Assembly: GCF_009914755.1 (NCBI RefSeq)
Contig: NC_060928.1
Length of the DNA stretch: 64,000 bases
Reading direction: 5' to 3' (one strand)
From: the human T2T-CHM13v2.0 reference genome, Homo sapiens
Under the pieces are notes generated by a model, which worked only from the letters and a program-made list of their open reading frames with translations, made no database searches and was not told where the DNA came from. Of the stretch, positions 40,140 to 55,452 are shown piece after piece. The translations under genes and the position numbers were made by a program. How positions within the stretch are numbered: the first letter of the stretch is position 1; the number at the start of each line of letters is the position of its first letter.

Positions 40140-40430
40140 GTGTTGTTGTTGCTGTTGTTTGAGATAGAGTCTTCCTCTGTCACCTAGGCTGGAGTGCTGT
40201 GGTGCAATCTTGGTTCACTGCAAACTCCGCCTCCCAGGTTTAAGCCATTCTCCCACCACAGCCTCCCAAGTAGCTAGTGTAAGCCACCATGCCTGGCTAA
40301 TTTTTGTATCTTTAGTAGAGACGGGATTTCGCTATGCTGCCCAGGCTGGTCTCAAACTCCTGAGTTCAAGTGATCCACCCGCCTTGGCCTCCCAAAGTGC
40401 TAGGATTACAGGCCTGAGCCACTGTGCCTG
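40140..40430 (-). mobile_element. Alu with small internal deletion and (GTT)n tail
   Basis: Alu sequence lacking the GGATTACAG segment of one arm. Confidence 0.9.
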
Positions 40431-43400
40431 GAGGGTATTTTTTTTTTAAAAAGAAGAATGTAGTATTTAAAAGTTCATCATGCAATTAAACCTCATTGAT
40501 TTTGAGAGCAAAGGAGCAAAGAAAAATCTGGCAAATAGCAAACCTACTACTTAAAGTAAACCTTTAGGAACTTAAGCAGGGCTGCTCACCAAATAATTCT
40601 GCTGGGTACAGAACTGATGTGGCCTTTAAATTACAGAGTTTATGTATAATAATTAACATCCAGGCCTTGCAGAAAACAATATTACCTCTGCAGAGCATAT
40701 CATTTTCTTTATTGATAAATGCTCTTTACTGAAAACACAATGATATGAGGATGGGTAGGAGTGCCTTAGAGCTCTCCTTGAACATGTATACACAGTGGTT
40801 AAGAGGAGATTCTTTGATGATGGACAAAAATTCAAGTCTAGTTTGATTGTTTTAGCAACATTACAGGTAAGCAAACAAGGCAGGAATGCAAATTACCAAA
40901 AGAGTTATGCTTCCTAGAGATTCCCCAATTTTGTAGCCTCTACTTATCTCGAGGCAAAGCTGTCTGACAGAGATTCTGTCTTCTGACATACTCCTATTCT
41001 TTTCTCTTTTTTATTCTTCCTCTTAGTATAAAATTTGGTAAATTTTAGTTAACAGAACATCTCACAAGTTCCCACCCTGACTTCTTTGCTTATTTCATAG
41101 AAGGAATGCTAAAAAAGAAAAATATATATTTTTTTCTCCCACAGTTTATGGATTACATCCTATGCAGATGACACGTTGGATAATCTCTTTTTTTCCAGGA
41201 TGAAACATATTAAGAAAATAAAATACACTCTCACAAATGCCCACTACCTCAAGATAAATAGGTAGATCTCACAATATCTCAGATATCACCTAGGAGAGAA
41301 GAAATAAAATCAAGTATTTGGAAGAACCTGACAGAATACCTTAGCCATACCTCAGCCTTTCAGAGAGCAACAGGCATGAAATGTTTTAGAAAAATAATTT
41401 CTGTTCCCTTCCCCCTTTTCATAAAGTATTCTCTCTCAGTGATCCATTCAAAAGATTAATAGCACTCATGGTCTAAAGTGTTCAAGATAAAACATGAAAA
41501 CAAAAACCAAAGCATGGATTCTACTAGACAACAAAACATGTCTCTCCTAAGAATGAACAATTCAACCATTCCAGCTTTTCACACCTGAGAATCTTGGATT
41601 CAGTGGATTCTGAATATCCCAATGAATTAAAATTAAGATGAACCTTTCTCTTCAGGAATAGAACTTGCTAAAATTAGAGATAAATGAGTTACATATTTTC
41701 AGTGAAATACATATTCCTATTATAAGTCATATAGGGAGTGAGGCTCCTAAAAGCAGGTGGCTAACTCTATCTACAACAAACATTTTGACAAGCTCCCACC
41801 AACATAATACATGGCATCAAAACAATCCGAAGGCAATTCAAACGATAGCTTCACGTTAAGCAGCTGAGGCACTGGGCAAGCAAAATCTAATGAAGCTATA
41901 TTTTCTCTGGAAGGCAATTAGTAAACTGCTCATATTTTGCTGCTGAAAGAATACATCAGCATGAACAGATGGAAATTTAGAACTCCACAAATGGAATTAC
42001 AGACATTGATTTAACTTTCCCCAAGCAAATGAAAACCACAAAATACGAATTGCTCTTTCTATAATTAAGCACATAATTAGAGTGCATCAGATTCATATCC
42101 ATTGTAGCTCATATTTCTTCCTCCTCATTTCTAAATTTATATATATTCTGAGTCTAACAAACCTACTTAGAGTTCAACTCCACACTGAAAGAGTCTTCTA
42201 TGACAGATAGATGGTACTAAACTATTTCTCAAATTAAGCCTGCCATGGGTCACACTAGCTTTTTCACAGCATGACACATGCGGCAATAATAAGAAATCCA
42301 AAGACTCAAAGAGGTAGTCCTTGTGGCAGGACAGATGGAGAGAACAGCTGAGGGAGGAATTCAGCCAGTTTATTAACTCCATGTGAGTAGAACAAATCAT
42401 ATTTAAAAGAATTCATAAGGACATCTGGTCGAAAAACAGAATTTAAATGATGGCAGTTTTAGAATGGAGAAAAGAGAATCATGATGTCTCACAGTACAAT
42501 ATCACTGAGTTACCTCTTTGTTTTTCTACTTCCAGGAAACAAAAGGTCACCAGTGACCTGCACACAGATTATAGACCAAACTGGTGATGGGCACTTGGGA
42601 AATACTTGGACTAATTGTCAAGTTTAAAATATACAAGAAATACTAAAACATATTATGGAAATAAAATCACTAACATGCTAAACATTACAGATACTTGAAA
42701 TTATTCACATTGTTAATTATTCTTTTCCTCATTCTAGGATACAGTAGTTTGTCTTACTTGTGAAAATATTTAGGGGAACTTAGATAAAATTTTTGTTTGA
42801 TATTCCTAAAATGCTAGAAATGACCTCAGAAATCTTTTTGAGAATAAGCCCTTTATAAAAACCTCCAAATAGGTCTTTCCTGAGAAAACTCAATTGATGT
42901 GCTTTATCAAGTATAATAGTATGTTTCATTTATAAGCTTTCCAAGTTGAAATCCAAAGTAATAAGCATGTTTCAAAAAAAATCTAAACAAGTAAAAATGG
43001 GGAAACTTACTAAAACTGTGCACACATATATAGCATCAAGAAATAAACTAGCAGTAAAATCCAAGGTCATATTCAGTGTGATAGGCACTGCAGATCTTTT
43101 CTATTAATAAAAAGCAACAGAGGCTTTTTCTACCCATGAAATGTTTTTTTAAAAGAGCTTTCTTATTATTTTAGTGAAATGAAGTTTTTCCTTCTTAATA
43201 AAAATTTTCAAATTTCTACCAAAAAAAATCCTTAAGTAACTCAAGTTTTGCAGTTTATGCTTATTTAAATATTTGATAGGTATTTTCTGCCACTTGAGAG
43301 TTGCTATTAAATTTTATATAATAAACTTCACTTGCAAACTGACTTCCTTCTCAGACAAATCAAATGACAGCAAACAAAAATAATGCCTATTAACTATTTT

Positions 43401-44379
43401 AAGTACATTACTGTACCCTGTGGGGAAAATCAGGAAACAAAAACTGTAGTTTCAGAATTTCAGATGGATTAGTTATTCAGAAATTGTCTTGAGGACATGC
43501 CCTAACCTTTTGATATCACTCATCAAAGGAAAATGTGACTCACAAAGACTTTAATCCCCTTTCCTCCCAACGGGAGATACAGTCTGTATAGAGAGCTGTT
43601 TGCATTTATAACTCACTTAAATCATGTCTTCCAGATACTTCAGGTTTAACTCACAGTGCTACACTCAAACTAACCAATTTAATAAAAGGATTATAAAATA
43701 TTTGAAGCAAACTTATGCATATTTTATTCAATGGTTTATCTCCAAACAGTAGATATCTACTGATGAACTATTTGAACATTAGATGCATCAAATTCATATT
43801 CATTGTAGCTCATATTTTTCCTTATCATTCCTAAATTCATATATACTGAGTCTAACAAAGTACATTGCTTCTAGTTATAATCAAATATATTTATAAGTCT
43901 ATTCTTCACCATGTTGTTTCAGGAATTTATTATGGATTCAAGAGAATTCAGTAAAAGACAACTGGTTAAGCCACAGTTAATAAAGGTAGAAACAATGCAA
44001 ACAAGAACTCATTCATGGAGTAGATTTAATAGAGCAAGTAACACAGGATATTCATAATCAAATGATATTAGCTTTTACAGTAAAAATGTATTTGAGAGAA
44101 TTAAAAGTCAGTGATAATAAGGAATGAGAATAACTCCTTCCCATCATCCTCAGTCATGTGAACTATGCTCAAAGGCTTCAGATGGTCAATAAATTAATAC
44201 ATGAATCTTTAAAATATAAATTAAATATTTTTATTTAGTTGCTATAGTAAATAGAAAGATTTAATTTATAGTTTAAAGATTGTATACTTTTATGTTTAGT
44301 ATAGCAACTTTAGGATTCTTTGGTTTTCAGTAATAATCTATGCATTTGGGTAACCAAACTTAGTCAGCTTGGTCAGGAC

Positions 44380-44689
<310 letters not shown>

Positions 44690-45759
44690 AGGACATTATT
44701 TTATATTCAGTCAAATAATAGTTTAAAAATCATAGCTAAAAGTGGATAAGCATAACTTGTTAATTATGATTCAAAGCAGTTGATGCACATCTGGTTGAAG
44801 ATTAGCAGATTCTCACTGCAGTTTAGTTATAACTGATTAACATTTCAAGGGACATAGGATTTCAGATTCTACAGTCAGGAAACCATACACCAAACAAGTT
44901 AAATAATCAAGTAAGGTAGATAATTCATATTTGGAGGAGTTTATTTTGTTTCTTCAGGAGATGATAAGTTATCAAAGATTCTCATTCAATAGAAATTGCT
45001 ATTAACTATTAGAAACCTACCAAGAACAATAAAAGCAGGGACCTGTTTTTTTTTCATTTTTTGTTTAAAAATTCAATGCTGAATCACTATCATCTAGGTC
45101 AGTGTGGAACACAAAGTGTGGGTTCAGTCAATATTTATAGAATAAGTGAATAAATACTAAACTGTTAACAAATAGTCAAAGCTTATGTGAATAACTCTGT
45201 TGGATAAAAAAGAGAAAAGGGTAAGAAGTGAAGAAGAGATAAAAAAGGAAGAAATAAAAAAGAGGTGAGTGAGAGGAAAGTGAAAAGTTCTTTCCTAGTG
45301 AAAGAGGTCTTTCCTATGGCAGCAGAAGAGTAGATTTACAGCAACCTAAAAGAAAACAGATGGCTGAATCCTTTCACTCCCCTTACGTACATGTGGTCCA
45401 ACATTGTCTCAACAAGACTGTAGCCCTACAACCAACAATCGAAAGAGTGACATCAACACATAAAAGGAAGGAAGTGCACATTCAGTGGAAACCCCAATGA
45501 GAAATACGCTTCTGCCAAGACTATCAGGTTGGTATAGTACTTGCGATGTCTTGGCAAGAAATCATGAAATACTTGAAGAAATTAAATAATTATTAGGGGG
45601 ATGCTTACTTCACTTTACTAGGGGAGGTCCTTGAGTACCTCTTCTAACATCTAAAGTCTTCTCCTCTCCAGAGGAATTGTGCTCCGTTCCCTGGTTACTT
45701 CTCCTTTACTTAGGGATTTCAGAATTGTGAATAAGGAAAGAATGACCTGGTAAGTGCCA

Positions 45760-46130
45760 GCCCTGGACACATTTGCCCACAGATGCTGTCCTCCCCCTTT
45801 CTTTAGTTGCTCTTTTTCTCAGGGGGCTGGACTCTATTAGGCCATATTTCCCAGATTTGTCTGTCAGTTGCCTTAGGGTTGGTCTCAGCCAATAGGAGGG
45901 AGATATCACCAGGAGACAGAGGGGAGAATCTAGGCCATTTCTCCCCACCCTTTTCTCTAGAAGCAGCTGTATCTTACCTGTGTTAGTGACTCTAGCTCCC
46001 ATTGGACAGGCCATTACTACCTGGGCTCCAGTAAATCGCCCCCTAGCTCTCAGGTTGGTAGTGGCTTCCCATTTTTGCTTATCTCTGTGTTGGTCCAAGA
46101 GTGTCTGCTTTTGACTTCTGCATTGCAATA
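45760..46130. mobile_element. Probable old ERVL-type LTR relic (LTR33/LTR16-like)
   Basis: Motif resemblance only (CAGCCAATAGGAGG...CAGGAGA, AGCTCTCAGGTTGGTAGTGGCTTCCC). Confidence 0.4.
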
Positions 46131-49100
46131 TGAGAACATCCTTATCTCTGACACCTTTAAATACCCCTTAGGGTCTCATCTACTTAGATCTCTGATCTTA
46201 GACCACATGTCTCTCCTGACTACCCAGCTGGTCTTGACTGCTTGGCCTACATATCTGCATCAGCTGTCTCTCTGGAATGCCCAGATCAAGCTCTGGAACC
46301 TGTTCTACTTTGACCACAGGCTTCTGATTCCCTTCTCTCTTTCTTCTGATCCCATCTAGCTCTATTCCATTCACTTCATCATGGTTGCTGGTCCTATAGC
46401 TGCTCAAAGTTGAAAAGTTGCTACTCTGAATGCTGATGTTTGCTGAACTGCAGGACAAAACCACTCTATAATTATCTCTAAGTTCCCACTTCAGATTTAC
46501 CTTGAATAGATTTTAGGCATAATAGGCATACACAATATCAAAGTTTACATATTTGTGTCACAAGAAGATTAAAAATAAAGTATATTTCCCACATGATTGG
46601 TCATCCCTTCCATGCATCCTCTTTGGTAATATCCAGTAAGATATAATGGCAGACAAGAAGATGGATAAAATAATGTCAGATAGTAACTCTGCTCACAGGG
46701 CATGGAATCTATGATGGCCTTGTAATAAAATAGCTTAATATAGCCAGGTTAACTTGTTTCTATAAATTCTTTCACCGTAGGCAAAAATAACATAATCCCT
46801 AAAGTAGTGAACTAGTAAATAATAATAATTAAGCATTTAAGACCCTCTTAATCACTTTACATTATAAACAAACAGTAAATGTGTAATAGTGTTGACTATT
46901 CTGGGCTCATGTTTCTTAAGTGTTTATTTTAATTGAACTTCAGCACTAATACATGTAACTGTTACTCTGTTTCCCAGGTTATACTCTCCCTGGGAATCTG
47001 AAGATCATGTTGTTTAATTCAGGATCTGTATCGGTAGATTAAATTCCCACCCAACCCTGTCCCAATTCCCAAATTAATCTTGAGTTAGGTGAAAAAATAA
47101 CAAGCAAGCTCAGCACTGGCCCTGTTTACCAAATCACCTTCCAGCCAAATTGGTTGAATTAGTTACACCTTTTCTCTTAGTCTAGTGGAGGATGTCGTGT
47201 GTCCTTAGATTCCCAAACAAAACATGCCCGCTCTCTCTCTGTGGTCTACATTATAGCTGGAGTACAATTTCCAGGCCTCATTTCCAGCATTCTCTTCTGG
47301 AACTTTCATTTGGCTGCCACACAGAAGGCCCTATGTTTCCTGCCAGCTGTCCTCTGGGTTCTCAAGTACCCCAGGTTCACCTACTAGAGAAAAGAATTCC
47401 AAAATGCCAGCTGCCCAAGCAGCTCTACCTGCCTCTCTGCCCTGATTCCCAGAGTAAGGTTTCAGCCATTAAGAACTGTCTCTGGGCATCTCTGAAACAC
47501 AGCCTTCAACACAATGGTCTATCTGGTTGATCACCACTGGCCATGAAGCTTGGCCTCAACGCCTGTCCCATCTTAGGGGATGGTTCTAATCTCAGGTCTA
47601 GCTCCTTCCTTTTAGTCAAGAATTGAGGAATCATGAAGTGTTCTCTGACTCCATATGTTTGTACTAGGCTTCTTCATGATGATTTATTTGAGTTTTGATG
47701 TACTTGGTTTTGGCTGAACTCACATCTCCCTCTCCTGCTCCCTCTCCCTATGCCCTTGCAAGGAACAAGAACTACAAAATGGAGCCTTTTGTAAGGCCGT
47801 TGCACTCAGGAGCTTTCTTGAAGTGCTCTGAAATTTCTGGCAGAAATAAAGCTATTTAAAAAAAATAGTTACAGCTTATGTTCCTCTTCTTCTGTGCCCT
47901 GAGAAATAGTTAATCAACTCTTCCTTAGCTTGGAGTTCACCCAGATGCTCCTTAAGGCTTATCTGTAGCTCCACTCTCAGTGGTAAAGCCACCACTGGAT
48001 CCTAGCAGGGTGCCTAAACTCAGTAATGTGGTAAGAGATAAGGCAACAAAGCTTCATGAACATTGTATTTTCTTCCAACAGGGCACAAGGAAGATATTAA
48101 ACTGAGTTCCCCCCAAAATCCCAAAAATCTCCTACTGATAATCAAGATTTGTGGAATCTATAATGTGTCTTTATTTTGGTTTAAACTAATGACACTAGAT
48201 TTTCTTCTACCTGGCAAAGAAGAGGTAGGTATACATTAAACAAAAGAAAATGAAAAAAATGGACCTAAAATCATGTGGGAAATAGATCATTGTCATCATT
48301 GTTCAAAAAAGAAATGTTGTGGAATATTTCTGCAATTTCCTGGCCAGCTAGTCTTTTTCACCAGACGCATATATCTTTTTCAAATATCAAAAGATAGTAA
48401 AGCTATGCATGTAAAAGTCATAATAGTAATAGTAATTATAAGTATTATAAGGGTAAGAATAATTTACATGATTCTTACTGACTCCCAAGCATTTGCTAAG
48501 CACTTTAACTTTTCAAAATCTCAGAATGCTATGCTGTACATATGATAAGAAAGGAGAACTTTCTTAGTTTAGAAAACTGAGTTGCAGAAAGGTTAAGCAA
48601 CTTGATCAAAGCAAATTAGTAATGGGAAGAGCAGAAATTTAAACCTAACTCATCTTTCATACCTATGAAGATGCAAATAAGTCAACCAATTACATTTGTG
48701 TGTAATATATTTGCCCTCTTGATGAATACTGAACCAGAGTTAGAGCATCTTCTATTTGTTTCATGAAAAAGCATTGACATTATACACGATTTGTGTGTTC
48801 TACTTTGAAATCACACTTTGTTACTCTAAACATTATTTGAATAAGAAGTTGCTAATAATTTGAGCAGTTATTTCAAAATATTTATGTACTATTACTACAC
48901 AGATGGATTACTCTTGAGCTTGGCATCCAATTTTTAAAATTTTCTAACTCATGTGTACATGACTAATTTTCCCTCTCAGAATTATGACAACATTCATTCA
49001 TATGCTCTTCTCTCTTGATTTTTGTACTTTGGTAGTTTGGGAAACATGATAAGATAGCTCGTAGTATAACTAATAGCTTAGCACACATAGCATATCTATA

Positions 49101-51653
49101 CTCTTTTGACTTTTCCTCTAAATATCACCTTATCATAGTTTGTTCTTTATCCCCTATCCACTTGCCATTATTTCCATCCAATGAAACTTATTTTTCTTCT
49201 CTCTCATCTTTGAATTTCCTTCCCTCCCTAACAGCATGTGAGTTACTTGAAAGCTCTTTGATCAGAATAAAAATCCCAATTATTTGATACTTCCATTTAT
49301 TTGGATTATAAAGACATACGGGGGTATATTTTGCAAAACAGTCTTGTCAGCCCCGGCAGAAGATATATCACTATATTATAGCTTTGCCATGTGTCCATAG
49401 AGAAAGGTTATCTTATGTTAAACACATGTTCATATGCAATAACAGAGACATGAATTCTAAGGATATTGCAGAAAGCATAGCTGACTACTGATTCTAGCAC
49501 CTTCAGGATCTTTCTCTTCTTAGTTGTGACCACTGTAATGCACTTCATAGAGTAATAAATTGTTCTTGCCCTGGGATCATGATTCCCATCTCTTCACTAC
49601 AACATGTCTAGATGTAAGACATGTTTACCCTTGTATAATCAATGATCTGAGTCTAGATGTCAAGTACTTGCTTGTTCTGTGCATTAACTGTCTTCTTTTT
49701 CTGGAACTGCAGGCTCTATCAGATCCTTCCCCTAAAATTCATACATCCTGCCTTGTTACTATCCGTGCCCCAGCATGACCAATATCAAAGTGGTTAAGAA
49801 AAAGGCTCCAGCTATTTTAGTATCCTAAATTTTATCTTTTCATTCTACAAAGAAGTTTTTCATAAAAAGTTAAAATAAATTTAAAAACTCATTGATACTA
49901 TTCAGTAAGATGTTATAGATTCCAAGCAACTATCTCTTTTATAGGCAACATAATTAAAAGTGAATTACAAATGCAGACTTTATGACTCTAATTAAACTCT
50001 AGGCCACAATGCATTAAAAACAGATTATACATATTAAGTTAGATATAAGAAAAAATAAATATGCCACATAGTGAGGCATAAGTTAATATGCCTCAAAATA
50101 AATGAGGAGAAACAATTTCAGATAATACATATTTATATAAAATGTTTATCAACATAACCTAAAATATTTTCTTGAATTTCATCAGAGATAAAATTTTTAT
50201 ACTTAATTTTTGTAAACATATACATCATACTTTCTCTCACTTACTTCACTACTTCATTCCATCCCAAGAACATCTGTGCAAGTATTTCCCAAGTGTGGGA
50301 GACTGGAAGAGGTTCTATATTTTGGTTGTAAGAATATATATTAATTTTTAGAACATTATAATTAAACTCAGAAATATTTAATTGTAGGGATATTATTTGG
50401 TAAGAATCAAATAAAATGACTAAAAATTAACTTGAGGCAACATGAAATCTCAACATCATTGTAAAACTAAGAGAGCAGATCTTAAACAAAATGTAGTGCA
50501 GTCTTCACACTTGGGAGATTCATTAATCACTTAAGTGTTTTCTCTGAAGTTTTTAAATGCTTAAAGATTGGGTTACATTATGAAAAGGACCTGTTTAATA
50601 TTGTGTCTGTAAAGTTCAATTCTACCTAGTTCTCACTTTCTTTCGTATCTTCTCTAGTGAAGAATGAAGAAATGAGAATTATGTGTTTGAATCTAGCACC
50701 TCTGACATGGAAAAACACATGGTGAAGCAGAGGAAAGAAAACTGAAAGAAAGTGAAAATATCTTTAAGAATACTTTGGGGAAACAAACAGTATTTCAAAT
50801 GAAAGATTAAGAACAAATCCAAACAAATGGATTGGAAGGTATTATGTAAAAAAATATGAGATGCTTTAGCACAGGTACTCTAAGAATTTGAGAAGCTTCT
50901 CATGTTTAAGGGAGAAGGTAACATTCCTGATAGAAACATTTAAAGGCAGTGCAGAAAGGAAATTCTCATCAGGAGGCCTATAGAACACACATGGGCAACA
51001 GCAAGCCCCCCTTGCCCTGCTCAGCCCTGGATCCATACAGAGGAAAGGAGAGAGGTAAAGATGAAAGAAAGAGGTTGAACAGAAGATAGTAAATGGTTGA
51101 AAAATATTTTTAAAATAGAAAGAGTTATGCTTCTGAGAAGATTCTCCATGTCTGGGTATCAGACATGGAGATACATCATACTGATCAACCTGAAGTAATG
51201 TACTTACTGAAATACCCACTTCTAGTTCATCTAGTTCATGCAAGGTTTCACAAAGCCACCAATCGTTTTAATCATCTTATAAAAGCTTTCTAATTGAAAT
51301 ATTCTTAAGTATCACATTTTACTAGTGGCAGGTATCTTTTCAAAAAAAAAATACAAGCTAAGCAACTTGTCCTCTGTTGTTTCCTACCACTAAGTTTGCA
51401 TTAGAAGAGACTGGCAGTCAAACACACAAGAAGAAACACAAGTATTGGCAATTTAACAGAAACAAATGGTAGTGTATCATGGACATCTAAGGTTTGTAGG
51501 ACTAAATCATACCCTCTTCTAGTAAGTCCTGAAAAAAATGTATTTAAAACATATGTTGAAGAAAATAGCTTTTAGAGGGGCAGATAATAGGCTTTGGACT
51601 TAGAAATTTTATAAAAATCCATTGTGCATTCTTTAGGCTTCTAGTCCTATTCA

Positions 51654-51863
<210 letters not shown>

Positions 51864-52305
51864 TTAGTAAGATTTTGATTTCAGTAAGGAAATTTGTCAG
51901 AGAGGAAATTTAAGAAAACAAAGTATGGAATAGTATCTTCCTTCCAAACATCAGGTAAATCCCTTGATGTGATGGAAAAGAAAATGCATTTTACACCTGT
52001 TTCTTTGTGTCTCTAAGCCTAAGGCTTCATTCTGAGGCTCTCCAAGGGTTGTAACACTTTGGGTATATAATTATTCACGCAAACTTCTTAGTAAAATGTA
52101 TCAACCTGGAGAGTTTATGTAAGCAAAGTCATCTTCTTTGGTAACCTGCATGAATATAGGATAAACAGAATAAAGAGCACAGAGTGCAAATGCATGATGT
52201 TCAACAAATGTGTGGACGGCTGTTTGAAGTTAATCAACACGTGTGTCTCTATATTCTTATTTATACAACGGAATTATCAGAATTTTAGTATATAAATTGA
52301 CTTAA

Positions 52306-52659
<354 letters not shown>

Positions 52660-52985
52660 ACAAATTTCTTATATACATAAAAACAATCAAAGAATTGAAG
52701 TGATAGAAATAATATCATTCAACTACTGAATTTTATTTTAACATTCTGTAATCATCAGGTATTTTTAATCAATGGAATCATGACTTGATGAAATCCAGTA
52801 GTTAAAGACTGAAGCCAGTCTAATGCTACACCAGACACTAATGAGAAACTCTATATTATGTAAAGGTTATCATAATTAATTTTATGGTTGTGGGCAGTAA
52901 CAGTTATAAAATTATATGGTGATAGCTATTTATTTAGTAAGATTGTTAAAAGACACATTAATTTTAACCTCTAAAAATATGTAAA

Positions 52986-53133
52986 TTTTTTAAATTATTA
53001 TACTTTAAGTTCTGGGATACATGTGCACAACATGCAGGTTTGTTACATAGGTATACACATGCCATAGTGGTTTGCTGCACCCACCAACCTGTCATCTACA
53101 TTAGGTATTTCTCCTAAAGCTATCCCTCCCCTA
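52986..53133 (-). mobile_element. Short L1PA 3'-end fragment
   Basis: TTATTATACTTTAAGTTCTGGGATACATGTGC... L1 3' terminus. Confidence 0.88.
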
Positions 53134-53930
53134 GTCTTTTACATAAAGTTTTAACAGAAATGAATATCTCAAATCAATATTGTTACTCAACTGATCTGAA
53201 AGTTGAACCGTGAAAATATTCAGTTTATTCTAACTATATGGTAAAACATCAAATTAAAGATAACAAAATTTAAATGGATTTTTCAAAAAATCAACATAGA
53301 TGACTCTGGATACATATCAATTTTTATTTAATCAATTTTTCAGATTAAAACAACTTGGCTAATTCTACAAATTTGAAAATTATATAAAATACAAAAATCA
53401 GGAAATAATATCTAACCCCACTAGCTAGAGGCAATGACTGTGATTATTGGCATATTTTTTCTAGTGCCGTTCATGTATTTTTCACGTAATATTAACCATA
53501 CTATAGTTAAAATGTAGCAATTAATTTTTTACCTGTAAGTATTTTCTTGGTAATTACATCAATAAATATATCTTTTAATTTTCTGAACAAATATGAAAAA
53601 TCACTAGTTAAACTTGAGAATTTTTTATTTCTATTAATCATTTTTCTGGGAAACTCAATCCTAGAAACTGATTATCATTACTTTCAAATTAAAACTCTGT
53701 ACCGCACAGGAATAACAAAAATACAGAAATACTTATACATTAATTCAATATTTAATTTTTCTCATTGCCAATGGCCTCCTAATAGCCTAACAGGGCTGTG
53801 TTTATTTATTCATTGCTTTAAAGACCTCTTTAATTTGTAACTGATTTTACATCCAAATTCATGTACCATTCTCATAAGATTCTCTCATCAAATCTATCCA
53901 TTTTTCTGCTCTTAGAAAGGGCTGGGGTTA

Positions 53931-54222
53931 GCCGGGCGTGGTCGTGGCTGACACCTGCAATCCCAGCACTTTGGAAGGCCGAGGCAGGCAGACCACGAAG
54001 TCAGGAGGTCGAGACGATCCTGGCTACCACGGTGAAACCCCATCTCTACTAAAAATACAAAAATTAGCTGGGCGTGGTGGCGGGCGCCTGTAGTCCCAGC
54101 TACTCGGGAGGTTGAGGCAGGAGAATGGAGTGAACCTGGGAGACGGAGCTTGCAGTGAGCCTAGATCGGTATCCCGGGCGACAGAGCGAGACTCTGTCTC
54201 AAAAAAAAAAAAAAAAAAAAAA
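53931..54222 (+). mobile_element. Alu (AluY/Sc-like)
   Basis: Poly(A) tail. 17-bp TSD AGAAAGGGCTGGGGTTA at 53914-53930 and 54223-54239. Confidence 0.96.
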
Positions 54223-54597
54223 AGAAAGGGCTGGGGTTACAATGGATTCTTCATGAATAGGGTCATGAACTACACCAATACAAAATCATCTTGCTAAGAA
54301 ACAATACTATTTTTAGGAAACAATATGGGAAAATGTTTCAATGCTTTATCTTTCATTCTTTCATTTGAAAGCAAATGTGTTATGCTCTTTTCCAAACACA
54401 GTAGAATACATTCTTCTCTTTGGTTATTTGTATATTAAGATTATTTATAATTTGCCAATTTTATATTAAAAATTAAATTCAATAATCAAATATGCAAACT
54501 AGTTTATCATTTACAAACATAATTGCAGAGATTCAAATTGATTTAAAAAGTAAACTCAAGAAAATTGGAATTACATTATGAAGTATAATATATATCT

Positions 54598-54893
54598 ATT
54601 TTTTGAGACGGAGTCTTGCTCACTCTATCTCTAGGCTGGAATGCAGTTGCCCGATCTCGGCTCACTGCAACCTCTTCCTCCTAGGTTCAAGCGACTCTCC
54701 TGCCTCAGCCTCCTGAGTAGCTGGGACTAGAGGTGTGTGCCACCATGCCCAGCTAATTTTTTTATATTTTTAGGAGAGACGCAGTTTCACCATGTTGGCC
54801 AGGATGGTCTGTCTCGATTTCCTGACCTCTTGATCCTCCCGCCTCCGCCTTCCAAAGTGCTGAGGTTACAGACTTGAGCCACCGCCCCCGGCC
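54598..54893 (-). mobile_element. Alu (AluS-like)
   Basis: Dimeric Alu, inverted relative to 53931-54222. Confidence 0.93.
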
Positions 54894-54989
54894 CTGAATA
54901 TCCAGACAATTCTAAAATCCGTGGCTACTCCCCTTTGTAGGAACGATCTTTGAAGAAATATTTCTTTAACTTGAGGCTGTGCCAATTAA

Positions 54990-55452
<463 letters not shown>

